A stretch of 62,922 nucleotides of DNA, filler included, from Octopus bimaculoides (GCF_001194135.2; 5 parts of 5 records of this genome joined end to end with filler, not necessarily neighbours in it); one strand, 5' to 3'; shown: positions 1 through 13,024, counted from the first letter of the whole stretch. Notes: generated by a model not told the origin, from the sequence alone. Translations and numbers: made by a program.

Positions 1-36
1 TATATATATACATATATACACACACACACACATACG

Positions 37-68
<32 letters not shown>

Positions 69-132
69 TATACATACATTTATATATACATATATTTATA
101 TATACACATACCTTTATATATACATATATACA

Positions 133-292
133 CGATGGGCTTCATTCAGACCAAATCCACTCACAAGGTTTGGTGAATCTGAGGTTATGTTGCACGAGCT
201 GCCTAAGTTGCACGAAGTAAGGCTGAACCCGGAACCATGTAACCACATGGTTCCGGTAACAATTGTGTTACCACCGAACTACGCCTGTGCCT
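133..292 (-). mobile_element. SINE family A, tRNA-derived head
   Basis: Reverse complement matches the head of the full copy at 30709-31112 (ccaaatccactcacaagg, gaacccggaaccatgt). Confidence 0.85.
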
Positions 293-388
293 ACATATCG
301 TAGTATGTGTATACTTACATACATACATATATGTGTGTGTTTGTCTGTGTGTATGTATTATATATATATAAGTGTGTGTGCGTTTATA

Positions 389-940
389 TAGAGGGTGCCT
401 AAAGTATTTGAAAATATACATATTTTGGGTCATTGCTGCATTTTTTGCTAACTCTGTATAATCTTTGTTTCACAAAATAATAATGGCAGACCCTCAGCTT
501 ATTCAAGAAATGAAGAGGCATGCTGTTATTGTCGTTATAAAGTCTGAGCATAGTGATTTAGAAATAACTCGAGCTTTAAAGGTTGCCAGATCTTTCCTCT
601 ACGAATTTTGTAAGGATCTAGGGACAGAAGATGGAAACGCATCACCAGTATCAAAGCATAAAAAGCATTGTAAACGCTCCGAATTCACCAGAAAATCTGA
701 ATTTACCCAGCAAGTTCAACAGAGCATTGATTACAATGCCAGAAAGCGAATTGCAAAAGGTCTCCATGTGTCAGAAGGAACAGTCAGTAATGTTGTCTAC
801 GAAGACATAAGATATGACTTATATGATGAGGTAAGGTCAATTTGTAAGAAAAAAAAAAAGAAAATAATTACAACAGATCTAAAAGGCACTTAAACACACT
901 GAAAAATACAGCAGAAGAAGATTTGATTTGGTATTAAGAT
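389..940 (+). mobile_element. Tc1/mariner superfamily transposon, 5' part (maT/DD37D-like), degraded
   Basis: Starts TA-GAGGGTGCC. ORF 465-893 encodes an HTH-type transposase N-terminus (MKRHAVIV..SDLEI..LKVARSF..IAKGLHVSEGTVSNVVYEDIRY). Downstream NTAEEDLIWY resembles the stretch before the first catalytic D. Family assignment is from memory. Confidence 0.7.
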
Positions 941-1881
941 CCAGTCATAACAACAAAAAATACGAAGTATGATGACATGGAATATGAACTTTTCTTTGCG
1001 AGCAACGAAAGAAACAAAAGGAAAACAACAGACAGAACACAAAGAACGACCCTTCATCAGTTGACGGTTGTGTATCCTAATCCGTATTTCGAGCATTTTA
1101 CGACAAGATACGCCTTCGATAAAACAGTTCCTCCCGCAAAGGAAGTTAAATAAAATTTAGGATTTTGCGGAGGGTCAAAATTGGTGACAAAACCAGGACA
1201 GTGAAAACAAACAGGAAGGGCTGCTAAGCCTAAATGATTTTTGTGGTGGCGAATGTGAAGAAACAAGCTTGGACAGGAGACAGGCAAGAATACGTCGTCT
1301 TCCTTATCCAGCTTTAACAGGAGGAAAAAAAAACACAAGCAAGTTTTTAGAAGAAAGAAAATGCCCGATGGTCACGTGGGAGCCAGGTGAGCTAAGGAGG
1401 AATAGTAAGGGAGAGAGAGAGAGAGAGAGACAGAGACAGAGAGAGAGACAGAGAACGATGAAAGGGAGAGGAAAAGATTTGGAGAAAGGATTAAAAACAA
1501 AAAAGGGAAAGAAGGGGAGGTAATATATATATAGCATATGTATTCTAGAATCTCTGATCTAGTTACTGCTGCAGTTGATGTTAAGTCGTACAGTAGCCTT
1601 GACTATGTAGACCCCAAATAAAGGGGCCTGGTGCGCATGCGTTGTCTTTGTGGTGTGACACTATGTCGTGAAGATTAACGGTTCGACAAGTGGTTATCGA
1701 TGAAATATATACCAGAATGAAATAAAGAATTGTGTTTATATTACTCGATTATACATACCAGAAAGTCGTATTTAGAATGGTCGGAATCCAACGACAGAAA
1801 ATCTATAAAGGCTAAATGTGTAAGTGTATTATCAAATTCTCCAAGTACAACACACACTCTCACACACAAATATATACATAC

Positions 1882-1943
<62 letters not shown>

Positions 1944-1989
1944 CTCTCTCAATACACACATACATATTTATAGGTATGTATTCATGTAA

Positions 1990-2029
<40 letters not shown>

Positions 2030-3511
2030 GTATGTATATATATATATAGGGCGTGTGTCTGTGTACTGGCACAATATATTCGCATGGATATATTCCTACA
2101 TACTCACATATATAGTCGACTAAATACTAAAGAAAAAATAAAGAATATTTCATCAAATTTATTGTTGAGGCATTTTGTCCTTTTTTTTTTTCCATTCAAA
2201 TCTCATATTTGTGATGCACTTCACATTCTTACTGTCAGCAAGAATTAGGATGATTTCTAAAGAGAAAATGATGAAAAGCAGACGGAGGGAAGGAAAGAAA
2301 AAAAAATTAGGAAAGGCAGGCGAAAATATTAAAAAAAATTAAATAAATATAAAATAAAAGAAATCGTTATAAAGCATCAAAAATGTAATAAAATAACAGA
2401 AAGAACTCAGGAAAATGACAGTTGAAAAGTTTACGTTCGTTTCACACACACAATGAAGCACATGGAGAAAGATATGCCTATAGACTTTAGTAAATACGTT
2501 TTATGTATATGTATATATGAATGCCGGTTTGCCTACCTGACTATCAATATAGCTGTCTGCTTACAAATCTCTTAGTTACTCTCTCTATACCTGTCTCTTA
2601 TATATATATATATATATGTGTGTGTATATATAGATTAACACGTACAAACACCCACACCCGAAGATACATATATACGTATATATTTACACACACAAATGTG
2701 CTTTTGCATGTATGTATATGTTTGTGTGTGTGTTTATATATATTTGTTTAAATATGATGTAATACAACCCACCGTGTGTATATGTGAATGCTTATATTCA
2801 GTATCCTTGTACGTATGTGCATTTCTATAAGTTGCTGTCTGGAAATTTAAATCGTTAGTTGTCATTGGATTATGTATATATGTATATATGTATGTATATA
2901 TACATACATACATACACACACATACATGCATGAGTGCATACATGCGTAGGTACGTATGTATGCGTACATGCATGTGTGTATTTGTGTGAATGTTTGCGCA
3001 TGTGTGTGTTTGTGATTGTAAGAAATGTGCTAAACAGTGATGTTTATTAATACAAACTTGTTAATAGTTCGGATCCCATGAAAGTCTATCTGTTGTATTT
3101 TGTCAAGGTACAAATTTCTTGTTGTAGGCATAGTGTCAATACACCAAGTCAGTTCGTAACTTCATGTACCAAAACTGGTAGTTTCTTCCTCGTCAAAACC
3201 AAAAATCAAGAGGTCAGAGACTGCAAACTAACAAGAGAGTCACGTCGTTATAATTGAATCCCCGTCATCGCTGTCGCGCTAGTCGGCGGTTCACCATAAA
3301 TAAAATACGGAACAAAAGTGCTAAACAGTAATGCGTATAAATAAACATATTACACATAAAATATGCTTGAAACATATTCGATCGCCACAGAAAGCAATTC
3401 ACTGTCGTTTGGCAGGGAGAAATATTTTTGAAGTAGACGGCAGCCTATTATGGGGAGCAGCTAACCGACTTGATGTGTTTACACCAAGTTGTTTCGCTCT
3501 ACGAAAACTCC

Positions 3512-3700
3512 TTGCCTCCGGGCAAATGCTTAGTGGTATTTCGTCTGTCTTTACGTTCTGAGTTCGAATTCTTCCGATGTCGACTTTGCCTTTCATCTTT
3601 CGGGGTCAATAAATGAAGTATCAGTTGCGTACTGAGGTCGATCTAATCGACCGACTCCTTCCCTCAAAATTTCAACCCTTGTGCCTAGAGTAGAAAAGAA
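3512..3700 (+). mobile_element. SINE family B (tail type iii)
   Basis: ttacgttctgagttcgaattc (B-box-like), central gtcgactttgcctttcatc..ggtcaataaa, tail cttgtgcctagagtagaaaagaa. Confidence 0.85.
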
Positions 3701-3772
3701 AAAAATCTTATATACTACTTAAAGTCCACTCTTGTATGTGTACGAACACATAAAAATATGACTGTGCAGAAA

Positions 3773-3920
3773 CCTGGTTTAATGGTTAAGTATGTTGCAA
3801 TCCAAAGATTGTGGTTTCAATTCCTGTACCGATACACTGAGTTTTTCAATAAAACACTTCATTTTGCGTTGCTGTAATCCACTCGGTCGGTCAAAATGAG
3901 TAATGCTACAAAGCATTGGC
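3773..3920 (+). mobile_element. Third tRNA-derived SINE-like remnant
   Basis: tggtttaatggttaag (A-box-like) and ggtttcaattcc (B-box-like), followed by aaaacacttcattttgcgttgctg. Confidence 0.5.
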
Positions 3921-4279
3921 TTCTTCTCTAATCAGGATGTACACATACTACAGAATCCGTATAACTGCCCTTAGGAGCATTATGGCTAGAGAAGAACAAA
4001 TGATCCGTTTGATGTATGTATGTGTACACACTCGCAAATAATATTTGTTCGTTTCCAACTCCACTCTTTTTCTCATAAAGTAACCAACTGCCCCGTTTTC
4101 TCCTAAATATTATTTTTAACGAGAGTAAGCGTTTACCTTTTTTCACCTACTCAATCAATTACAATCAATACCATTCCCTATAGTATCCTCATTAATCACC
4201 CCCCAATTTTTTTTTCATTTGTTATGGCAACTTTAACCGACATTATTACCAAAATAACTACTTAATACCACTCACTATT

Positions 4280-4932
4280 ACATTATTTGTTTGATCATTA
4301 CCACCATCGTACTACTCAAAACCACAAAGATCACCACCCGTCACCAATACCAACATCTTTATAATCATCTTCATCGCTGTCATCGTCGTCGTCGTCGCCA
4401 ACATCATCATCATCATCGACATCAATATGTCGTCTCTCTGTTAATTTTCAACACCTATTCAATCATCCTGGGTATGATGGGTAGAGATAAGCTTTGTTAC
4501 AACCACCACCAGGACTACGAACACAATTAGGATCACCACCACCACCACCACCACCACCACCACNNNNNNNNNNNNNNNNNNNNNNNNNNNNNNNNNNNNN
4601 NNNNNNNNNNNNNNNNNNNNNNNNNNNNNNNNNNNNNNNNNNNNNNNNNNNNNNNNNNNNNNNNNNNNNNNNNNNNNNNNNNNNNNNNNNNNNNNNNNNN
4701 NNNNNNNNNNNNNNNNNNNNNNNNNNNNNNNNNNNNNNNNNNNNNNNNNNNNNNNNNNNNNNNNNNNNNNNNNNNNNNNNNNNNNNNNNNNNNNNNNNNN
4801 NNNNNNNNNNNNNNNNNNNNNNNNNCCAACAACAACAACACCACTGTCACCACCACCACCATTGCTGCCACTAACACCACCGCCAACACCAACACCGCCA
4901 ACACCACCACCGCCACCAACACCACCGCCACC
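4280..4932. repeat. Compound trinucleotide array (CAT/CGT/CAC/CAA) spanning an N gap
   Basis: Visible triplet runs on both sides of the gap 4564-4826. Confidence 0.9.
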
Positions 4933-5342
4933 TATAAAAGACATGCGAAAATGTCACTGTAAAAGCAATACATAGTTATTATAACGATATTCCCCTGCGA
5001 CTCAAGAAAAAATATTAACGGAAACCTATGTGTACAAGAGAGTGTAGTACGAGTGAATGGTTTTCTAATATTGGAGGCGAAGTACTTTAACCTATTCTAA
5101 ACAATGGAGAGCAGAAAACATAATATTTTTACTGATGTTTAATTAAATTTAATTCAGTATTTTGCAATTCGTTTAGAAAATTTTAACTTGTTTCCGGCTC
5201 AGTTATATAACATCTTCAAAACGCCTATCGTCTTTGTATGGTCTTTGTTTAAAGTTCATTGTATTTTCGTATGAATTTGATTCCTTGTGGCTAATGAGAT
5301 TTTTATAATAATAATAATAATAACAATAATATTAATAATAAT

Positions 5343-5865
5343 CCCTGGATGCAGTACCAGGCAGTGGTTCTCATGGCTTATGACCTTAATTAATTAGAAG
5401 TGTTATCATGTACATTGTTTTGTCTTGGTATAAAAGATGGGCTACAGCAAATATTCTGCTTGATACCACAGATTTACTTGTCAGTTGTTTGACCTTAACC
5501 AATTGAGCATGTCCCTTGGTGGCTGACGATATGTGCCTCTCTGATCAGAAGCAGAAGTAGTGGGGAGCATTATAGCTGTCTGTTGAAAGAAATTCTTTGG
5601 GGTTTGGATAATTCACATTTGGAAAATGGGTGTTTCGTTCAACATCCTTAAACAACACTTATTCAGTGTTCTTTAGAGTGAGATGGGCTACTCAACCTGA
5701 CGAAATTTCTAACTGGGCCCCACAGGCAAGGTCATACGCTACTTATCCCGATATTAGATCACCATGTCACGCACATATGGTGGTGATGCATGTGCCCGGT
5801 CTACCCTTATCAGGTAGTATGTTTACCCCAGTGTCACTTTGACGGCATGCACTGCTCTCTCACTC
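5343..5865 (+). mobile_element. ~520-bp non-coding interspersed element flanked by (TAA)n on both sides
   Basis: Sharp borders against (TAA)n at ~5305-5342 and 5866-5890. No convincing ORF. I recall it as a common octopus repeat (unverified). Confidence 0.55.
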
Positions 5866-6006
5866 AATAATAATAATAATATTATTATTTGATCGACCTC
5901 ATAGAAAGAAAAGACAAACCCAGCCTCGACCGAGTTTGAACTCAGAACGTTAAGATCTGGAAGAAATGCTGCTAAGAATTTCTTTCCGTGCGTTAAACTA
6001 ATGATG

Positions 6007-6037
<31 letters not shown>

Positions 6038-7042
6038 GGAAGAAGAGCTGACACTTTAGAGGAGAGGCAGAGTTTTATACGTCGACCCTCGTGCTCCATT
6101 GTTATTTATCGATCGCAAAGTGATGAAAGGCAAAATTTCACATGCGTAGTGTTCATGCTGTTGTGGCATGTTTATTTAGTCGCATCTGTAATCAATTCTT
6201 ATACGTGACATTAGCATACTCCTCAATTCTTGGCTACAGCACTTGACCAGTCTCCAGTATCGTATTACAGCAGCATTCAATGAAATGGTACGCAAAATAG
6301 AATGAACAGCTCATGCTATTGTTCTTGTGAAAGTCATTCTAATCCTTTCACAAGTAATTATACCCAAGACTCAGAAAATTACACAAATCTTCCATGCTTG
6401 TATGCAACATATAAAATCTTCTGGTTCGTTCAATGTAGCAAAGTAGTTATACATGTGATCAACAGAGACATATTACCAGAAAAAAGAAACTGATACTGGA
6501 AAGGTATGTATGAATAAATGTAGCAACTGCTGATGATCACATGAAGCAGGAAAAAGAGGAAAGCATACTTTCATTCCATTAAGAATAAAAAGCCTGCAAG
6601 TAAGACCAATGCCCCAGTCTTAGAAGTACCTTCCAATTGACTCTTTGTCCCCATTAGTATTTTGATTAACCCTGATTCAATTAACAAGCATATTTAACTA
6701 ACCTATTATGATGTACAAATGCTATAAACAAACAACGTGTGTGGCTTAAAGAAATATACAAGAGACAATATCTACCTAAAACACCGACAGAAGAGCCAAA
6801 ACTACCATGAGGCAAATTCATTATAACAAATAAATTTTCATTAAACGAAAACACCGAAATTAAAATAAGATTCATAAATCTAGAGAAAATCATGAAATAA
6901 TACTTTAGAAGAATAAGAATATTATTTAAAATAACGAATTAAGATAGGAATGTAGGAATAATTGTGCTAGCCATTTCAGGTAGAATTTAGTTTCAGTTCA
7001 ACTGAATCTTAACATTATGTGAAACAAAAAGCTTACCACGAA

Positions 7043-7190
7043 AGCGACTTCGTTGGAAATGGCTTCCCAACCACATGATGTCGGATTCAGTCCCACTGCG
7101 TGGCACCTCGGGCAAGTGTTTTCTACTATAGGCTCGGGTCGACCAAAGGCTTTTGAGTGAATTTGGTAGACGGAGACTGAAAGAAGAACG

Positions 7191-7234
<44 letters not shown>

Positions 7235-7445
7235 TTGTGAGTCTGTGTATGTCCCCAACTCACCACTTGACACCCGATGGTGTTGTTTATGTCCCCTGTA
7301 ACGTAGCGGTTCGGCAAAAAAACACCGATAGAATAAGCACTTGGCTTGCAAAGAGTAAGCCCTGCCATTGATTTGTTCGACTAAAGGCGGTGCACCAGCA
7401 TGGCCGCACTCAAATAACTGAAACAAGTAAAAGAATAATAAAAGA
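7043..7445 (+). mobile_element. SINE family A, near full length, with internal (TA)n
   Basis: Head, (TA)n at ~7195-7230, tail ending gaaacaagtaaaagaata. Matches 30709-31112. Confidence 0.9.
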
Positions 7446-7529
7446 GGACCCTTATAGAATATTCTTAGCTGAAATCCCGGATGTGACAGTCATTTACGAA
7501 TAGAAACTACATGCAATGCGAACACATCC

Positions 7530-7920
7530 GTTTTTTCTTTTTAATACTTTATATTAAAGGAAACGACACAGAACAAAGACAAAACTGAAATAAATGAAAC
7601 AACTCTGAAGATAAAGAATTGAATGATTGGACCGAAAGGGATTTTAAAAATATATGGAAGATTAGATGAGGAGAAAACCCACTCGAAGCCAAGAACATGC
7701 AAATATTGACAGGCTGCAATTAATCTAAATGGAAAGTTACATTAACACAAAACTCTTGAGAATCAAGTGAAAATATGTCTGATATTCCTACAAAAATATA
7801 ACTGCAATAGAAATTGATGCTAAAAAGGAATGGAGATGCTACAACTAGTGTAATGAGACAGAGCTAAGTGCAAATTCTGTACTGGTTGAGCAATGCCTCC
7901 CCGATCACCCTGCATGTTGG
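7530..7920 (-). mobile_element. Possible very old LINE 3' end
   Basis: Minus strand ends tttaatataaagtattaaaaagaaaaaa (A-rich tail). Upstream translation only weakly resembles I/Jockey-group C-termini. Confidence 0.25.
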
Positions 7921-8479
7921 TAAGTGTATATATACACAGATAAAATTGAGTCTGTAGTTATATCCACTGTGTCTATAGTTATGTCCGCTGTATGCCAAAA
8001 CCCCAACTTGAAAATTGACAAGTAATGTTATAAACGTAAATTATACACAACGCATGACAACTACCGAGTTACAATAATCTGAGACACGTCTATTCAAACC
8101 AAAATGTTATCGAGGCAAACCAACTTTATACAATGATTTTCACCTCAATGGCAAATACATGCGCGTCGACCGATTATCACCAAAACATTATTGCATGACC
8201 GCTACTGTTGACAACGTACAAATAGAAAGGTCTCAGAACTGAAATATTATGTGGGATTAAACGTATAATCGTACTAAATTCAAGAGCCATACTCGCTGAC
8301 TCAAGAATACGTACAGCCAAATTTGTCCGTAACAAATACATTCAAATTTGCGCCACAGGTCATATAGAACACACTCTATATACAAAACATGTATCCTAGA
8401 GTAGTAGTAGTAGTAGTAGTGGTAGTATTAGTATTAATAGTAGTAGTAGTAGTATTGTTATTTTTGTCTATGTCTCTTT

Positions 8480-8789
8480 ATCACGGGTTTTGTTGGAGCT
8501 CCTGGAGCCTTGCATGCGTAGCGGGCTTACTACCATACCAAACTACAGCAACTTCCTTGTCTTTCTGTCTAACTTGTTTAATTCGTCTGCTGGTCATGCG
8601 ATGTCCCCTGCTTCATATCTAAGGAGTGAAACCGCCAAGGTGTTAATAGCTTCAATCTTATTCCGTTCGTTGAATTTCGAATTTAGGATCAGACTCAGTC
8701 TGAGCAAGGGCTCCACTTTAAAATTTTCTGACATTTCATCCTCCATCAATTTATCCATTTCCAATATTCCCAAGGAACAATACTTGGGG
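8480..8789 (-). mobile_element. R4/Dong-type non-LTR retrotransposon fragment (RT C-terminal region)
   Basis: KYCSLGILEMDKLMEDEM..LILNSKFNERNKIEAINTLAVSLLRY..ELNKLDRKTRKLL matches the R4-clade post-RT block YKYLG..LN..NKI.AINT.A....Y..DRKTRK. Confidence 0.75.
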
Positions 8790-9023
8790 ATTATAATAAT
8801 AATAATAATTATTATTATTATTATTATTGTTATTATTATAATGTTATTATTATTATTGTTATTATTGTTATAATTATTATCAATCGAATTATCACTATCA
8901 TTATTATTATTAAAATTATCATCATCAACATCATCATTATTATTACTATTATTGTTATTATTATTACTATTATTATTATTATTATTATTACTATTATTAT
9001 TATTATTATTATTATTATTATCA
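8790..9023. repeat. (TTA)n-dominated compound triplet array
   Basis: Visible TTA/TCA runs between Dong fragments. Confidence 0.9.
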
Positions 9024-9362
9024 TTATATGTCTGAATTTGCTTTGTATTTGTACATGTTGACTCCAAGTCTCATCCAGAGACCTCAAGAGACAATAAGTT
9101 AGAATTTCAAGTTGGTGTTATGCCTAGAGTGTTATACATCTGGTTTTGCACAAAGTATTGTTCTACAGAAAATATAAGAAAATTTGAGATTACATAGACA
9201 GTATTTTACGTAGGATATGGGCAGTTCCCATGTGCACTATCTTTTAAATTTCTGCCATTTTGGGGTTTCCTGGTGTCTGAGCTCGATAGGAATCAGCCCC
9301 ATTTGCTATCATTCCTATGACAACAGATATTGTTTTAGTCTTGCTGTTCCACATTTTGCCAA
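9024..9362 (-). mobile_element. R4/Dong-type 3' end with 3' UTR (subfamily 2)
   Basis: Translates KMWNSKTKTISVVIG...KIVHMGTAHILRKILSM*. UTR runs into (TAA)n. Near-identical to 55912-56192. Confidence 0.8.
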
Positions 9363-9390
9363 TTTATTATTATTAATTATTACTATTATT

Positions 9391-10166
9391 GTTCAGTAGC
9401 TTTATTTTTATAACGTGCTTTCACTTCACTACCGGTATGTGCTGTGGTTTGCTGTAATGCTCTTATGGTTACTGTATTGAAAGTGTTTTGCGTAGGATGT
9501 GTGCAGTGCCCAGTAGTGCAATTTTCTGTATGTTATATATATTTGTATGTCCTGGTGTTTTTGTTATGTATTTGTCTGAATATTTTTTTATTATACTTAA
9601 GGCACCTACTATGATAGGAATTGTTTCTGTTTTTAGATTCCACATTCGAGTTACCTCTATTTCCAGGTCTTTGTATTTTGAAAGTTTTTCCATTTCTTTT
9701 AGGGAAACGTTGTCATCTGCTGGAATTGATACATCAATTACAAAGCATTTTTTTCTTCATGATCTTTGACAACTATATCTGGTCTATTTGCCTTAATTTC
9801 TCTATCTGCATGTATTGGCATATCCCAGAGTACGGTTGCTTTCTCGTTTTCTGTGACCTTTTCTGGCGTGTGTTTATACCATCTTTTTTTCTGTTGTTAT
9901 TCCATAGTGTTGGCATAGATTCCAGTATATATAGGTCCCAGCTTTGTCGTGTCTGTGAATATATTCCTTCTCAGCCAGGACTGGGCAGCCAGAGATAATA
10001 TGATTTATTGTTTCTTGTCCATCTCCACATATTCTACAGTTACTTTTTATGTTTCTTTTCATTATATGTTTTTGGTAATTTCTGGTGGGGAGGCTTTGGT
10101 CTTGTGCAGCGATTAAAAATCCTTCAGTCGCTGCTTTGAGTCCTGAGCTTCTCAACCATTGCTGGG
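9391..10166 (-). mobile_element. R4/Dong-type 3' portion with zinc knuckle and REL endonuclease (subfamily 1)
   Basis: CRICGDGQETINHIISGC (CCHC), RHD, NRPDIVVKD..IDVSIP (PD..D), EKLSKYKDL, GTAHILRKTLSIQ*. Both ends abut (TAA)n. Confidence 0.92.
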
Positions 10167-10202
<36 letters not shown>

Positions 10203-10344
10203 GTAATGGAGATATTAACAGCAGAAGTAGAAGCAGAGGCAGTAGCAGAAGTAACGGTGGTGGTGGTGATGGGGGTGGAGGTGGTGGTGGTGGTAGTAGT
10301 ATTAGTATTAGTATTAGTAGTAGTAGTAGTAATGTTTGAATATC

Positions 10345-10438
10345 GATAAAATAAGTACCAGTTGAGCATTGGGGTCATTGGAATGGACTCATCGTCTCCC
10401 CCAAAATTGCTGGAATCGTGCTAAAATTTGAAACCATT
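10345..10438 (+). mobile_element. SINE family B 3' half (tail type ii)
   Basis: gataaaataagtaccagttgagcattggggtc..ccccaaaattgctgg..aaaatttgaaacc. Confidence 0.8.
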
Positions 10439-11320
10439 ATCATCATCATTATTAGTATTTAGAATATCTTTGTAGAAATCAAAACAGTGTGAGCGAATAA
10501 TAGCCAGCAACCCAACCAGCCAACATGCCAGCAAGTTAGCTAACCAACAAACCACCAAGCTAAAATTAAATGAACTCTGGATATAATTTAATTCTACAGT
10601 TCCTGTCAACAAGTTATAAAAATCGTCTATTTGCAAATATCATAAATCATTGAAGGACAGGAGAATGGAAAATAACAATAACAGTAGCAACGACAGCAGC
10701 AACAACAGGAAGTGGAAAAGAGAAGCAAGAAATAGGAACGATGAAAGATTAACAACAATACAATGTTGAAGTATGAAAGACAAGAAAATTTACTTTAATT
10801 ATACACTTTTATTGTCTCATTTATCAATATTTTCTTGGAGACATTATGTATGTTGAATACAATTGTATTCTGAATATGTAATATGTTTCACTAAATTCTT
10901 ATTTGTGTTTCATTTGTTTTGTAAGGTTATTCAACTGTTTGGCTGCTTCTGTTTCTTTAATAATTTATATATACACATATAGGCATATACACATTATATA
11001 TGTGTTTGTGAGTATGGTGATTCTAGTTTTTAAGGGCTATTTAAGAGGTTACTTTTCTTGTTTTGTATTTCAGCTACATTCGAGCTTTATAAAATTTTGC
11101 ATAATTTTTGTATAAATTTTATATATTTTTAAGTATATTCCGTATATGCCTGGACTATTTCTTTCTATTATTTTCGCTTTGTTTATAACGCCAATCTGTA
11201 AATAAGTACAAGCAGAAAATGTCATGTAATATACAAATATAAAACAAAAGAAAATAACTTTCTCTCAAGCTTTTTATGTGTGTCTCTAGCTGTGTATCTA
11301 TGTGCGTATGTGTGTGTGCG

Positions 11321-11351
<31 letters not shown>

Positions 11352-11355
11352 ACAC

Positions 11356-11393
<38 letters not shown>

Positions 11394-12256
11394 GTGNNNN
11401 NNNNNNNNNNNNNNNNNNNNNNNNNNNNNNNNNNNNNNNNNNNNNNNNNNNNNNNNNNNNNNNNNNNNNNNNNNNNNNNNNNNNNNNNNNNNNNNNNNNN
11501 NNNNNNNNNNNNNNNNNNNNNNNNNNNNNNNNNNNNNNNNNNNNNNNNNNNNNNNNNNNNNNNNNNNNNNNNNNNNNNNNNNNNNNNNNNNNNNNNNNNN
11601 NNNNNNNNNNNNNNNNNNNNNNNNNNNNNNNNNNNNNNNNNNNNNNNNNNNNNNNNNNNNNNNNNNNNNNNNNNNNNNNNNNNNNNNNNNNNNNNNNNNN
11701 NNNNNNNNNNNNNNNNNNNNNNNNNNNNNNNNNNNNNNNNNNNNNNNNNNNNNNNNNNNNNNNNNNNNNNNNNNNNNNNNNNNNNNNNNNNNNNNNNNNN
11801 NNNNNNNNNNNNTATATATATATATATATATATACACATATATATCTATATATGCATGTATGTATATATGTATACATATATGTATATACGTAAATATATA
11901 TATATATGTATACATGCGCATAATTATATATATATATATATATACATAGCTGTATGTGTGAGTGTGGTTTTGTGTATAGAAGACGTGGTTAATAAAAGTA
12001 AACATACGGTTTAAAATTTTTTTGTTTCCTTTTTGGCGAAATTTTTTCCTTCATAAACAAGAAGTGAAAAATAACAGAGGCTAGACAATATTCATTTAGT
12101 TCTCTCTCGCCCTGTGTTTCTCTCTGTCACTTTTAAATATGTGCATACGCAAATACACACACGCACACGCACAAATATGTATGTATAAATGTGTTTAGAT
12201 ACACACACGCATAAATACATACACACACACATATATATATATATGTATATATATGC

Positions 12257-12373
<117 letters not shown>

Positions 12374-12549
12374 TGTGTATATATATATATATACATATAA
12401 TAAATGTTCCTGTTCTTTTTATCATTCCATTGAAATGGTTCGTTTCATTGATAAAAATGAACTAAACAAGGAGATGTCATACTTAATCTTTTCTTTGTGT
12501 CTAATATTTTAGTAAACAACAACGACAACAAAAGCAAAAACAAAAATGG

Positions 12550-12582
<33 letters not shown>

Positions 12583-13024
12583 CGGGATGACAACGAGTAA
12601 TGGTGATGATGTGTGTGTTGCTGGTAATGATAACTATGAATGCCACGAAAAGGAATGATAATNNNNNNNNNNATCATACAAACACAAACACGTGGAACAG
12701 CAACAATAACAACAATCACTTGCGTACTTGAGTGGCATTTTTAAGCATTGGAATTAATTCAGTTTCATTGTAAAATAATTAACCCGATTCTTGGAAATTT
12801 GCAAGTTGTGACTTTTTGAATAAAGTTTAGTCACAGACTCCATTTTACAGTTCTGGGTGAAACCGAATTGAAGAATACTATCATCATCATCATCATCATC
12901 ATCATGATAATCATCATCATTTGACAGCCAAGGGCCAATATTAATTATTCATGTACAGTAGCATCTACCCAACATTAAATTCTATTAACGTGTAACCAAC
13001 TGACAGGCTGTGAAAATGTAAACA

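Noticed and set aside
3070-3290. Minus-strand DLLIFGFDEEE as an RT active-site remnant
   Set aside because: Catalytic DD absent and no other RT motifs in register.
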